Part shown: piece by piece, positions 1 through 13,060 of the stretch
How the letters are laid out: each line of letters begins with the position of its first letter
How positions within the stretch are numbered: the first letter of the stretch is position 1
Origin: Octopus sinensis
Lineage: Eukaryota
DNA length: 64,000 bases
Direction of reading: 5' to 3'
Assembly (NCBI RefSeq): GCF_006345805.1
Contig: NC_043000.1
Coordinates: 36,084,001-36,148,000, forward strand
Notes under the pieces: model-generated
Databases searched by the model: none
Seen by the model: the letters and a program-made list of their open reading frames with translations, nothing else
Told to the model about the DNA's origin: nothing
Position numbers and translations under genes: made by a program

Positions 1-240
1 CATCATATCTACCCCCATTTTTACCACGACCCCGTGATCATCACTTCCTACATCACAACTACCCCATTACCACCTCTACCCTCCTCCTCGCCACTATCCC
101 ACCATAACCCTTACCCCATTCCCTTTTCAGACATCACCACGCTGTCACTACTATCCTTCTTTTCCTCCTCTTTCTCAACATCATAATCACCATCAACACC
201 TCCGCCTTTCTCTACAATTTGTGACAAGCATCAACAACAT

Positions 241-590
241 GGAGGCGCAATGGCCCAGTGGTTAGGGCAGCGGACCCGCGTTCGGAGGATCGCGGTTTCG
301 ATTCCCAGACCGGGCGTTGTGTGTGTTTATTGAGCAAAAGCACCTAAAGCTCCACGAGGCTCCGGCAGGGGGTGGTGGCGACCCCTGTTGTACTCTTTCG
401 CCCTAACTTTCTCTCACTCTTTCTTCCTGTTTCTTGTCCCGACTTCCTACGCAACAACTGAGCCATGATGCGCATTCATCCATCCGTCGATGCTCTCGGT
501 GTCGTGGGTTGACCTGCTTTCTCTTCTGCGGGTCTTACGAATAGCAAAGGACCACGTTTCGAACTTCTCCCATCTTGCGAGCTCTGGGAC
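241..590 (+). mobile_element. tRNA-derived SINE, family A
   Basis: Head GGAGGCGCAATGGCCCAGTGGTTAGGGCAGCGGAC...GGTTTCGATTCC has A-box and B-box-like motifs; the same ~200-nt head/body recurs at 2480, 28985 and 59810. Confidence 0.85.
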
Positions 591-729
591 GAAGACCGTT
601 CGCTCAACAGCAACAGTACAGCGTCAACAACAGAACCAGCGCCATCATCCCCACCAGGGACAAACACCACCAACCTACCACGATCAACACTTACCACTGA
701 TACCACCACCTCCACCACCTTCCTCATAT

Positions 730-890
730 ACGACGGGATTGTCTAAATTTCCGTCTACCAAATCCACTTACGAGGCTTTGCTCGGCGTGAGCCTAAAATA
801 GAAGCTATCAGCCCAAGATGCCACTCCGTGGGATTGAACCCAGGACCATGTTGTTGGGAAGTAAACTTCGTACCACACAGCCACTTCCTC
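730..890 (-). mobile_element. tRNA-derived CORE-type SINE, family C (5' part)
   Basis: Reverse complement matches GTGGCTGTGTGG...GGTTCAATCCCAC...CTTGGGC...GTGGATTTGGTAGACGGAAA, seen in at least 10 copies in the window. Confidence 0.8.
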
Positions 891-1065
891 TTGCTCGAAG
901 AATAGCTTGCCAGAATCGGCTGAGTATCAAATTTAGTTGTCTCTTTGTTTTGACTTAGAAATGATTCCAGAAGGAAGGGAAGTAGCGTAGCTGGGTAGTG
1001 AGTAGAGGGAAGGGTCCACCAGATCCACTCACAAGCCTCCAAGTTATAATGTAATATGTTAAAAT

Positions 1066-1287
1066 TTAAGGCAGAACGTTAGCACGTCGGGCTAAATGCT
1101 TAGCGGTATTTCGTCTGCCGTTACGTTCTGAGTTCAAATTCCGCCGAGGTCGACTTTGCCTTTCATCCTTTCGGGATCGATTAAATAAGTACCAGGTACA
1201 CACTGGGGTCGACATAATCGACTTAATCCGTTTGTCTGTCCTTGTTTGTCCCCTCTGTGTTTAGCCTCTTGTGGGTAGTAAAGAAAT
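1066..1287 (+). mobile_element. tRNA-derived SINE, family B
   Basis: GGCAGAACGTTAGCACG...GAGTTCAAATTCCGCCGAGGTCGACTTTGCCTTTCATCCTTTCGGG...AAGTACCAG; many copies in the window. Confidence 0.88.
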
Positions 1288-1577
1288 GAAAATCTACGAA
1301 AAAATAAAATTTTTTTTTTTTTTCGTATATTTTCATTTGACTTGCTTATTTTTACGCTTTGGTATTTTGCTGAGTTTTTTCTTCGTGGAAAATGGCGATT
1401 ATGACATCTATATCTAGCATATAGGCTGTCCACTTTTAGTGGTCAGTCCTCTAAATTTTGTATGTAAAAAAATTTTTAATTTTCGGATTTAAAAAAAAAT
1501 ATGCTAGGCACTGGTTTTAATTGATTAATATCAATTTCTACCTTATTTAATTTTAAATTATATATATATATTATATA

Positions 1578-1628
<51 letters not shown>

Positions 1629-1694
1629 ATTATATATATTGTATATATATGTATATATATATGTATATAATATATAGTTATATAATATATGTGC

Positions 1695-1920
1695 AGACCT
1701 GCGTGTGTGTCTGTGTCTGTGTTTGTGTCCCGCCCCACCACTTGAGAACCGGTGTTGGTGTGTTTATATCCCCGTAACTGAGTGGTTCGGCAAAAGAGGC
1801 TGATAAAATAAGTGCCAGGCTTAAAAAATAAAGTACTTGAGTCAATGCGTTTGACTAAATTTTGCCAAGGCACTGCCCCAGCATGGCAGCAGACTGGTGG
1901 CTGAAACAAGTAAACGATGA
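1695..1920 (+). mobile_element. SINE family C, 3' half
   Basis: GTGTTTATATCCCCGTAACTGAGTGGTTCGGCAAAAGAG...CCAGCATGGC matches the 3' half of other family C copies. Confidence 0.7.
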
Positions 1921-1954
1921 AAGACTCTTTGTAGCGTAGATAAAAGGTCTGACA

Positions 1955-2140
1955 TTTGAGGGGGGTGGGGCAAGTCGATTATATGGAAACCAGTTCTTGG
2001 TTGGCACTGTACTTCATCGACCGTGGAGCGACGAAAGGCAAACAAGAATTTAGAATGATTTTGAACTCAGAACATAAAACTAAAGAACCGGGAGAAATAC
2101 CACAAGACATTTTGTTCGACGCACTAACAATTCTACTATC
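1955..2140 (-). mobile_element. SINE family B, degenerate
   Basis: AAGTCGATT...CATCGACC...GAAAGGCAAA...TTTGAACTCAGAAC motifs in reverse orientation. Confidence 0.6.
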
Positions 2141-2479
2141 CCAGCATTCTTCGAGTGAAAGAACTAATAATGGGAGAAACTTATTTTTTAGGAAAAGCAG
2201 TTTCTAGTAGAAGCGGTAGAAGTAGTCATAGTAGTAGTAGTAGTAGCAGCAGTAGTAGTAGTAGTTATAATAGTATTAATAGTATAAGCACCACCCATAG
2301 CAGCAGCAAGTGCAGTAACAGCAGCAGCAGTTGCAGCAGCAATAGTAGCAGAAGTAGTCATTAGAGTTGCTGCTGTCCTTGCATGTACAGGATGCGGTGA
2401 ATAAATTGTCGTCTGAATACACAAAAATGAAAATAACGCCGACATCTCATTTTAACATATATTTATTTTTATTTATTTA

Positions 2480-2760
2480 TGCACCCTTTTCAAGCTCATG
2501 GGTCCAGTTTCTCGGTTTCTATGGCGTATGTGTTCCCCACCAGCTGGACGGGACGCCAGTGCATCGCAGCGTTACTCAAGAAACAGGAAGAAAGAGTGAG
2601 AGAAAGTTGGGGCGAAAGAGTACAACAGGGGTCACCCATCTCCTACCGGAGCCTCGTGGAGCTTTTAGGTGTTTTTGCTCAACACACAACGCCCGGAATC
2701 GAAACCGCGATCCTCCGATCGCAAGTCCGCTGCCCTAACCACTGGGCCATTGCGCCTCCA
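2480..2760 (-). mobile_element. SINE family A
   Basis: Ends in CCGCTGCCCTAACCACTGGGCCATTGCGCCTCC, the reverse complement of the head at 241. Confidence 0.85.
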
Positions 2761-2769
2761 CAACAGATA

Positions 2770-3480
2770 TTTACCAAAATTACATAAAAATACCTTGAAA
2801 CACTAAAGAGTAGATTTATTCAATAAAATCGCCATTGGCTTCAGCAACAGCCTCCAGATGACTTTGGAATCTCCTGCAACTCTTCTGGATGGTCTCCTTG
2901 TTTAAGTTGGTGAATGCTGCCATAATCCTTGCCTTCAGGTCATCTTTGGTGTTACGAGGAGTTTTGTTGGTCCCTCACTCAACTGCACCCCACACATAAT
3001 AATCAAGGGGTGCAGTCTGGGGACTTAGGTGGCCAGATGTTAGGGGTGATGCGGTCGCAGAAATTGTCTGATAGCCATGACTGGTTTCTCTTGCTTGTGT
3101 GGCATGGTGCAGAGTCCTGTTGCTAGACATAAGGTCTTTCAGCAACTAACCTCTTGACCCAGAGCAGCACTACAACCTCAAGGCATTTGATGTAGGCCTC
3201 TGTGTTGAGTCTGAGGCTGTGTGGGAAGAAGTATGGAGGTATAACGTTGCCATCACTAGTTATCACTCCAAACACCATGATGTTGACTGGATGTTTGATA
3301 TTTATCACGCTTGGTACATGTCCTCAGAATGATACACCCAAATCCTTTGAAATGTTCGTATTTGAGCTTCTGGCACGAATGCCAAGCAGAACAGTATGTC
3401 GTTTCCAAATTTCTGGCAGAGTGAATTGCGTCATGGTGCGGTTTTTCTTACAGAAGGTGCCCAACTAACCCTACAATACT
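2770..3480 (-). mobile_element. Tc1/mariner transposase remnant, DD37D (maT-type)
   Basis: KHPVNIMVFGVITSDG...QQDSAPCH...WPPKSPDCTP(L)DYYVW; 37 residues separate the 2nd and 3rd catalytic Asp once a 1-nt frameshift is corrected; in-frame stops present. Confidence 0.8.
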
Positions 3481-3641
3481 GTGTAGTGGACAAAATCAAA
3501 ATAAACTCAATGCGTGCGCAAAATTAGAAATATAAAATGGCGACAATTTACCCATCGCACTCTGTGTATACCTGTCGATTATTTTATATTTCTTGCCATG
3601 GTTGTTGACAGTGAAATTGCAGCGGTGGGGATGATGGTGGA

Positions 3642-3672
<31 letters not shown>

Positions 3673-3694
3673 TCTGTTGTAGGCAGAAATTTTG

Positions 3695-4045
3695 GGGGAT
3701 GAGGTAAGTCGATTAAATCGGCTCCACTGCATAACTGGTATATATTTCATCGTCCCCGAAAGGATGACAGGCAAAGTCGATCTCGACGGATTTGAGCTAA
3801 TGATTCTGCCAGCTCGCCGCCATTATTAGTTTTAAGTATTGGCACGGGGCCAACAGGTTTTGAGGGGAAGGGCGAAGTCGATTACATCGACCTAATATTT
3901 AACTGGTACTTATTTTGTCGACCCTGGAAAAAAAAAGGAAAAAAAAAGAAAAGCAAAATCGATCTCAGAGAATATTTGAAGCCACGACATAAAACCGGAA
4001 CAAAATGCCACGAAGTATTTTGCTTGGCGAGCTAGCGAAAGGTAC
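3695..4045 (-). mobile_element. Two degenerate SINE family B copies
   Basis: Repeated AAGTCGATTA...AACTGGTAC/T...GGCAAAGTCGA motifs; CTGCCAGCTCGCCGCC at about 3806-3822. Confidence 0.65.
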
Positions 4046-4260
4046 GATTCTAGAATATTGTATTAATTTAGGGAGGGCGATTGAATGGGTTTGAACTCAG
4101 GAACAATAAATCTGAAACTAAATGTGGCAAATTATTTCATTCAACCGTTTTATCATTTCTTCTACTTCTACCAATAGCAGCGAGAGAAGTGAGGATAATA
4201 ACTGTAGGAGCAGTAGTACAAGCGGGTGCAGCATGCAACTGCAGCAGGAATGGCAGCAGC

Positions 4261-4310
<50 letters not shown>

Positions 4311-4332
4311 AGCAGCAGTAGCAGTAGTGGTG

Positions 4333-4378
<46 letters not shown>

Positions 4379-5061
4379 TAGAATATGACAGGAAGTCTTA
4401 TTTTTCAGCTGCAATTTATACAAGAGCAGTTATGATAGTAGAAGTAGTAGTGGCAGCAGCAGCAGTAGCAGTACTACTAGTAGTAGTAGCATTAGTAGTA
4501 CTAGTAGTAACGGCAACAACAAAGTCATCAGTGACAACGACAGCAACAACCACAACAATTACCAAAACAGTAAAGACAGTAACACTGGAAATTGTTTTGT
4601 TTTTGATTTCTATCATGTCTCCCCCTCCCTCCCCCTCTCTCACATACATACATATATATACATACACACACACACACACACCTATATATATATGTGTATG
4701 TATATATATATATGTATGTATATACACATACATACACACAAACACACATAGATATATATACATAAACATAAATGTAAATGTGTGTATGTATATATATATA
4801 TGTAATATTATATAGATATTATATATTGTATGTATATATATATATGTAATATATATATATTAGTATATATATATATATAAATGTGTACATATATATAATC
4901 ATATGTATATCTATGCATATATATACGTATATATATTATATATATATGTATTATGTTTATATGTGTGCATGTATGTACGGATGCATATATGTGTGTATGT
5001 ATTTGTATTATATATACATATATATATAGATAATATATATATTATATATATATATATAATA

Positions 5062-5095
<34 letters not shown>

Positions 5096-5274
5096 ATATA
5101 TCGAACAGTATTTAAAGATGGCTGAATTGGATCGATATTACGTCGCTGGGAAAGACAGGGCAACATGGCTGGATTGATACGATCAAATATATTTTGGCAA
5201 GGAAAAGACATTGAAACGTGTTGTATGGGAGTGTGTACGTGGCTGAGTGTGTGTATATATGTGTAAATGCGCGC

Positions 5275-5311
<37 letters not shown>

Positions 5312-5707
5312 GTGTTGTCTGTGTGTGTGTAGAATGGTACGATTGGAAGAATAAAAGAACGTACCGCGTGTTCGGTCAACGGAATTGTGTGGGCGTCTCA
5401 AAGACTTTGAAGTATAGGCTATGTTCAATAATGTCACCCGCTTCACTCTACCTCCTCTCTCTCTCTCTCTCTCTCTTTCTTTTTCTCTCTCTCTCTCTTC
5501 TCTCTTTCTTTATTATTTTTTTCAGTCTTCTTTCTCTGTTTCTCTCTTTCCTTTTCTTTAATTCTTTCCATTTTTCCTTTCCTTATCTTCTCCCTGTTTT
5601 CATTTTTCTCTCCTTTTTTTTTATCTTCTCATTTTGTCTTTTTCCCTTCGTCAATTCCTCTTTTCCTCTCCACACCGTTTTCTCTCTTTCCTCACCCCTC
5701 TTCTCGT

Positions 5708-5739
<32 letters not shown>

Positions 5740-6492
5740 CCGCTCCCACCCGTTTCACTCCAAGAAAAAGTTCTTTTTCCTTTCTTATTTTCTCATTAAT
5801 TCCCCCCCCCCCCAACATCGCTGCATGGTTCTAAGCATCACGTGAGCATTCTGTTCTTTCGAGACGTATCTATTGTAATGTGTGTACAAGAGCACTTGTC
5901 TGTATGTGTGTATATATGTGTGTGTGTGATTGTATGTGTTTCCGCGTGTGTCTGTGTGTTCGTGTCCATGCGGTTGTGCGTTCATACGGGTGTTTTGATG
6001 TGCGCCAACGCGTTTATATGCATATTCATGCAGGCACACACACGTGCAACTGTGCTACATGAATGGGGTACTGCTTTAATACTTCTACATGTATACATGT
6101 GTGGAATTCTATGTTGGCATTTGTGTATCGAGAGATTCGTAGGAAGAATTCACTGATGCATGTGAATGCCTTAGCACACAGCGTTTCTAGGGTTAGAGAC
6201 CCTCCATATATTTGCATATATGCATCTATATATGTTTATGTACGTATTTATGTGTTTGTATATATAAGGGTGTGTTGCATGCATGTGTATTTGCATGTAT
6301 GTATAAATATAACTACACATGTTTATTAATTCATGTATGTACATACGTATGTATATATGTATGTATATATGTATGTATGCATATGTGTGTATGTTTATGT
6401 ATGTATGTGTATATGCATTTTAATTTTCTTGGACGTGTGCATTTGCATTTACAAAAGTGATATATATATAAACACACACGTATATATAAACG

Positions 6493-6528
<36 letters not shown>

Positions 6529-6686
6529 ATTATATATATTGATAGATAAGTTGATACGTAAATAGATATATATGAATATATAATGTATGAATAATATAAT
6601 TAGCACACACACACACACGCATATATATGTATACGTACATACACACTCAAATACGTGTGTGTGTGTATTCATGTATTTATGCGTAT

Positions 6687-6717
<31 letters not shown>

Positions 6718-6781
6718 GAGAGAGAGATGTATGTATGTGTGTATGTATGTATGTATGTATGTATGTATGTATGTATGTATG

Positions 6782-6812
<31 letters not shown>

Positions 6813-7069
6813 TGCAAACTACAGTTTCTGTGTTCGTGTTCGTTTGCCTGGTTGAGTGCGCGTGTATACGTTGAATGCGTGTTTTTTAATTCTATTTTGT
6901 ATATGGATATGTGTATGTTGATCGAAGTATTCAGGAATTGATTAGAAACATTTTATTGCAGTGGGAATGATGGGGGAGGGAGAGAGAGTATGGCAGAAAT
7001 AATGAAAGGCACGTATACATATATACAAACATACACACACATACACACACATACATATATGTATATATA

Positions 7070-7112
<43 letters not shown>

Positions 7113-7380
7113 CAAGGCACGTGTATGTGTGTGTGTGTGTATAATTACATATGTATATGTGCGAGGACATGTGTGTGCTTGTGTGACGTGTGTGGCTGTG
7201 GGTGTGAGAGCATGTAAAAGTGAAAGCTGAACTGGAACAATGACTTCTGAGCACCACATGGGTGGATAAATATTCTGTTTTAATAGAAAATCAACTGGCT
7301 GATACCATGGGTTTCGTGCAAATATATCCGCAATTATTCAATCGGAGTTCGGAGAATAGATCACATCTATCTATCGATCT

Positions 7381-7442
<62 letters not shown>

Positions 7443-8017
7443 AAATATCTATCTATCTACGTAGTTAGCTAGCGCACAAATAGAATGTCTCTGCCAGTCT
7501 TTCTGATCTGTGTTGTCCATTCTTTCGCGGTTGGTACATAAAGTACCTGTAATTCAGTATGGTGCAGCTTGAATAGTGGAATAGTTAAGGTGAGGTATTA
7601 ACTGCAAAGTCTTGCGGTATCTGTTCGACGCCTCTGTATTGTGTCAGTAAAGCTTATATTGATACTGGGGTTCAGCATTTCTGGACTTTTTAAAAAAAAT
7701 TATCAACACAATAGTTAAGTCATGGTGGAGTTCAAGATTTATTTTACGTGTAATGGATTTATGCTTGTTCTTTATTGCTAAGAAATCTTCCATTGTTGGC
7801 AGCGTTTCAGGCTTATTTAAGGTTTCACGATAAGTGAGAATGATTAAGAAACAGAAGCCAAATATTAACACTCTTATGCATCATAAGAAACAGTTATAGA
7901 ATTTTTAAAAACGGTGTCGATGATTGTATCATTTTAAAGTAATATTTCGGTGATCATTTGCGCTCTACTGCAAAGCGCTTGAGCAGTATGCCATTATTCC
8001 CGGTATGCTATATATAA

Positions 8018-8250
8018 AGGCGGAGAGCTGGTAGAAAGGTTAGCACGTCGGGCGAAATGCTTAGCAGTATTTCCTCTGCCGTTACGTTGTGGGTTCAAAT
8101 TCCACCGAGGTCGACTTTACCTTTCATCCTTTTGGGGTCGATAAATTAAGTACCAGTTACGCACTGGGGTCGATGTAATCGACTTAATACCTGTGTCTGT
8201 CCTTGTTTGTCCCTTCTATGTTTAGCCCCTTGTGGATAATAAAGAATAGG
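8018..8250 (+). mobile_element. SINE family B
   Basis: Full head, core and GTCTGTCCTTGTTTGTCCC...GCCCCTTGTGG tail. Confidence 0.88.
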
Positions 8251-8298
8251 TATGCTATATATAATGTCATATATATATATATAATATATATATATTAG

Positions 8299-8335
<37 letters not shown>

Positions 8336-8336
8336 A

Positions 8337-8393
<57 letters not shown>

Positions 8394-8680
8394 TTAATTA
8401 TATTTATCTTTATATATGCGACAGTAAATCAAGATTCCATAAATACTGTATTGACTCGAATGGGAAAATGTGTCGGTCAAGAAGGACTTCAGTTTGAACA
8501 ATGTTCATGATGTTTCATATTTAGATGCTTTTATTATATTCATTCAGTTGTTAAACATGAATAAATCTTGGAACTAAATGGTTTTGATTTACTGTCAGTT
8601 GACTTTTGGCCAAACATACACACATATATATATATATATATGGGAAGCAAGCTTCTTATCACACAGCCAACACACACACA

Positions 8681-8761
<81 letters not shown>

Positions 8762-9510
8762 CTGTATATATATACATATAAATATATATGTATATATATG
8801 CACATAGACACATACATATGTATATATTCTCACGCACGTCCATGTGTGTGTGTGTTTGTGTGTGTGTATGTGAGTGTTTGCGACTATATAATTCTCCCGT
8901 CATTAATAAATTGATAAATTGAAAATGGCTTGAAAGATATTTCATTTTAATTATCTCAGCAAATTAAAATAGAAGACTGATATCCAATCTAACACAATTA
9001 ATAATATGTAATGAAGAACAAACAGAAAGTCACGTTACGTCGCTGAAATCCACGCAATATATTTGGTGCAGCGTTATCGCTGTTAGACGTGCGCTGTCAT
9101 ACGCTGTGATACGCGGACTGGGAAACCGAGCGATTGTCTTAGCGATAGGGTGAGCTTTGCTAAGGCGTAAAACAGCTGCTGAAATGAGTTGTGTCTTGTT
9201 TTAGTACATTGTACACATAACCACATAACGTATCCCTCTGTCACTCTCCTCTCTCCCCCATTTCTCTCTCTTTCCATTTTTTGTTTGTGTATGTGTGTCT
9301 GTGAGTGTACACAATGATTATATAGGGATAAATTATCCAGCCGGGTGCCGTAAGAGCTCTCATAAATCGTCCAGGTTCCGGCTATGAAGCATCAAGGATC
9401 GCTTTTGGGTGAGTAATCCCACTGTAATTCTTCTGATTGGTAGATCCGGGTTCGCTTCACTGGATTATGAATTAAAATTACCTCCGTAATCTTTGGGATT
9501 GTTTATATTC

Positions 9511-9790
9511 ATGCCAATTGTAATTGGAGCACTAGGATTTGTAAGAAAATGCTAAAAGCAGAATCTGGATAAACTGGGATTTTCAGAAAGAGATATTGAT
9601 CGACTGATTCGTTCATTACAAGTGCAATCAGTCAGTGGAACAGTGAAAATATACATGACTTTTCTCAAGTTTCAAATGTGAATTTGTCTATGCTAACTAC
9701 ATCCCAAAGATGGATCCTTGTATCTTTGTTGGAAACTGGCTCCCTCCTCAGTGGAAGATTTAGAAGAATTAAAAAAATAGAAGAGACATA
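9511..9790 (+). mobile_element. 3' fragment of an R4/Dong-like (RLE) LINE
   Basis: MPIVIGALGFV...RLIRSLQVQSVSGTVKIYMTFLKFQM* resembles the RLE C-terminus (compare PVIVGALG at ~37000); followed by a short UTR and (CATA)n. Confidence 0.6.
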
Positions 9791-10036
9791 CATACATGCA
9801 TACATACATACACTCATACATACATACATAGTCACAATTCACAATTTGACTGCCATTTCTAAATTTTTCGGTATATGGCTAAGCAACTTGTTGCTTAACC
9901 TTAATTATATATATATATATATATATGAAGAACATTTTGTAAAAGTTCCTACCGATAATGGTTCTATTTCCATACCGATCTACTCGGAATAATTATTAAT
10001 TTTTGAAATTAATAATTATTTACCCTTATATTATTC

Positions 10037-10080
<44 letters not shown>

Positions 10081-10184
10081 GTTTGTATGTATGCATGTAT
10101 CTAGTCTGTATATATCTATATATATACATACACACACACACACGCACACACACATATATATATATATATATTCGTATATATATA

Positions 10185-11428
10185 CAGGGGTTGGACAAAA
10201 TAATGGAAACACATAGCATCATAGCATCATGATTTTGAAATATCTCTAAATCCATCGAAAGATTGTTTATTTTTATGTTTTTTGATTTATTGTTAGTGTT
10301 GTTTAATATGTTTTGCTAAAATTGCTGTTTTTTTTCAGATATCATCAGAAAAAAGTAACTAAAATTCATTAAAATTACAGATTTATCAGACTTTCAAAGA
10401 GGTCAAATTGTTGGTGCTCATATGGCAGGTGCTAGCATAACAAAAACAGCCGAAATCTTTGGTGTATCAAGAAGCACTGTCTCGAAAGCAATGATAGCCT
10501 TTGAGAAAAAGGGAAAAAACTCCTCGTCGAAACAAAATTCCAGAAGGAAACCAAAACTTTCAGATAGGGACCGTCGGACTCTTATGCGAATTGTTAGAAG
10601 TGATCACAAAAGTACAGCTCCAAAATTACCGCAGAGCTTAATGACCACCTCGAGCGAGAATCCAGTTTCCACAAAATCCTTCGTTGGGAGCTGCACAAAG
10701 CTGGATTTCACGGCAGGGCTGCAATCAGAAAACCCCTACTTTCATAAACAAACGTTGCAAAGCGTTTAGTTTGGATTAAAACCTACAGAATTGGTCCCTA
10801 GAGTAGTGGAAAATGGTTATTTTCTCGGATGAGTCATCCTTTAACTTATTTTCGAACACTGGCCGAGTATACATGTAGAGACAACCAAAAGAAGCATTTG
10901 ACCCAGACTGCCTTCTTCCAACTGTTAAACATGGAGGAGGATTGTGATGATCTGGGGTGGTGGCTTTATCTTGGAAATCCGCCAGTCCAATGGTTTTCCT
11001 TTATGGCAGAATTAATAGTCAAGACTATTCAAGCATTTCATGTGATCAAATTCATCCTATGGTTGCGGAACTGTTTCCAGAGGGAAGCACACTCTTTCAG
11101 GATGATAATGTACCAATTCACACAGCTAAAGTTGTTACTGAATGGCACATCTTATCTGGCCACCACAGTCCCCAGATCTCAATATTATTGAACATTTATG
11201 GAGCATTTTAGAAAAACAAGTAAGGAGTCGATATTCTCCACCATCATCACTACAAGAACTGGAGACTGTTTTAGCTGAAGAATGGACAAAAATTCTTTGG
11301 AAACAATTGAAACTTTGTACGAGTTCATACTTCATAAAATCTGGGGTAATTACTGCGAAAGGCGATCCTACCCCATATTAAAATAAATTTGTTTGAAATT
11401 TTAAGGTGTTTCCATTATTTAGTCCACC

Positions 11429-11431
<3 letters not shown>
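10185..11431 (+). mobile_element. Tc1-family DNA transposon, degenerate, near full length
   Basis: ~28-bp TIRs CAGGGGTTGGACAAAATAATGGAAACAC / GTGTTTCCATTATTTAGTCCACCCT, flanked by TA; frameshifted transposase with HTH (GASITKTAEIFGVSRSTVS), FQDDN and WPPQSPDLNIIEHLW (DD34E type). Confidence 0.93.
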
Positions 11432-11496
<65 letters not shown>

Positions 11497-11624
11497 TATA
11501 CATTAATCTTTTATTAATAAAACATATTACTCTACCTCCGGTATTCGAGTACAATTTCTTTATATTCTAAGTTCTATTTTCCTCTTTGTATCACCTAAAC
11601 TAAACATATTTTTACATATAAGCG

Positions 11625-11910
11625 GAGGCGCGTCTGTGTGGTAAGAAGTTTGCTTCCCAGCCATATGGTCCCTGGTTCAGTCCCACTCGGTGAGACCTTG
11701 TGAGTGGATTTAGTAGACGGAAACTGTCGTGTGTGCCATCGCTTGACAACCGATGCTGGTATGTTTATGTCCCTGTAACTTAGCGGTTCAGCAAAACCGA
11801 CCGATAGGATAAGTACTAGGTTTACATCCGATTTCTTCGGCTGACACTCTTTAAGGCGGTGCTCCAGCATGGCCGCAGTCAAATAACTGAAGCAAGTAAG
11901 AATTTAAAGG
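11625..11910 (+). mobile_element. SINE family C (internally deleted)
   Basis: Head GTGTGGTAAGAAGTTTGCTTCCCAGCC...GGTTCAGTCCCACT and 3' GGTGCTCCAGCATGGCCGCAGTC. Confidence 0.8.
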
Positions 11911-12048
11911 AAAAAAGAATAAATAAAACAGTTTGATTGAGCCCCATACAAATTATAGTTTTGTTGTTTTTTGTAAGAAGCCTAGGAAGTTTTATGTCCC
12001 ATGAAACCGAATCAAACTGAAACAAAAGTTATTATTATCATATGTGTA

Positions 12049-12087
<39 letters not shown>

Positions 12088-12138
12088 AGAAGAGAGAGAG
12101 AGAGGAGAGATGGATAGATAGATATAGATAGATAGATA

Positions 12139-12179
<41 letters not shown>

Positions 12180-12187
12180 AGATTAGT

Positions 12188-12234
<47 letters not shown>

Positions 12235-12243
12235 GTAGGTTCC

Positions 12244-12343
12244 NNNNNNNNNNNNNNNNNNNNNNNNNNNNNNNNNNNNNNNNNNNNNNNNNNNNNNNNN
12301 NNNNNNNNNNNNNNNNNNNNNNNNNNNNNNNNNNNNNNNNNNN
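12244..12343. other. Assembly gap (100 N)
   Basis: Run of 100 N. Confidence 1.
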
Positions 12344-12754
12344 CAGTGAGGTAGACCATCACTACTTGGAGGCTCTCCTTAAAGCGGCTGGTTTCGGTTC
12401 CATCTTCCGCGGTTGGTTCGCTGCCTTAAACAGCGGCATCTGCGTAAATCCGTGACCCCCCCAAAAAAAACGAGAGGTAAGGCGACTTACTCATGTGTTC
12501 ATTTTCGAACTGTCTGAGGTGACCTTGGTCTTTTTTGTAGGTTTTTTTTTCCAGGGCTACACCTAAACTGTGAACTTTATTTATATATATATATATTTTA
12601 TATTTTTATACTCCACACAACCCACAGATCCCTATTGATCGAACCTTTTTTTTCTTTGTATGTCCCACCCATCCCACCTCGAAAAGAAAAAACTCTACAT
12701 TGTATTTCGTCCATTTTTATTCTGTGTTTAGCCCTGTGTGGCCACAATAAAAAG

Positions 12755-12755
<1 letters not shown>
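12344..12755 (+). mobile_element. Tx1/L1-clade LINE fragment (RT piece joined to 3' UTR)
   Basis: VDHHYLEALLKAAGFGSIFRGW (L1-type RT); 3' UTR homologous to 48630-48920, ending CCTGTGTGGCCACAATAAA followed by (TATC)n. Confidence 0.75.
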
Positions 12756-12848
<93 letters not shown>

Positions 12849-12914
12849 GTATGTGTGTGTGTATGTGTGTGTGTATGTGTGTGTGTAAGTGTGTGTATCC
12901 TTGTACCTGGGATT

Positions 12915-13060
12915 GTTCCTCACCACCACTTAACAATCGGTCGTCCCTGTCATCTTGCTGTTTCGCAAAATAAACCGATAAAATAAGCACCAGGCTTTAA
13001 AATAAAAAAAGTCGATTCATCAAAGTGGTGCTCCAGCATGGCAACAGACTAAAGTAAAAA
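12915..13060 (+). mobile_element. SINE family C, 3' remnant
   Basis: ACCGATAAAATAAGCACCAGGCTT...GTGGTGCTCCAGCATGGC. Confidence 0.55.

Noticed and set aside
241-320. tRNA genes at SINE heads
   Set aside because: A/B boxes are present but no complete cloverleaf; each head continues into a repeated SINE body.
8420-8520. Mariner C-terminal-like peptide (RMGKCVGQEGLQFEQ)
   Set aside because: Too short, with no TIR or catalytic motif to support it.
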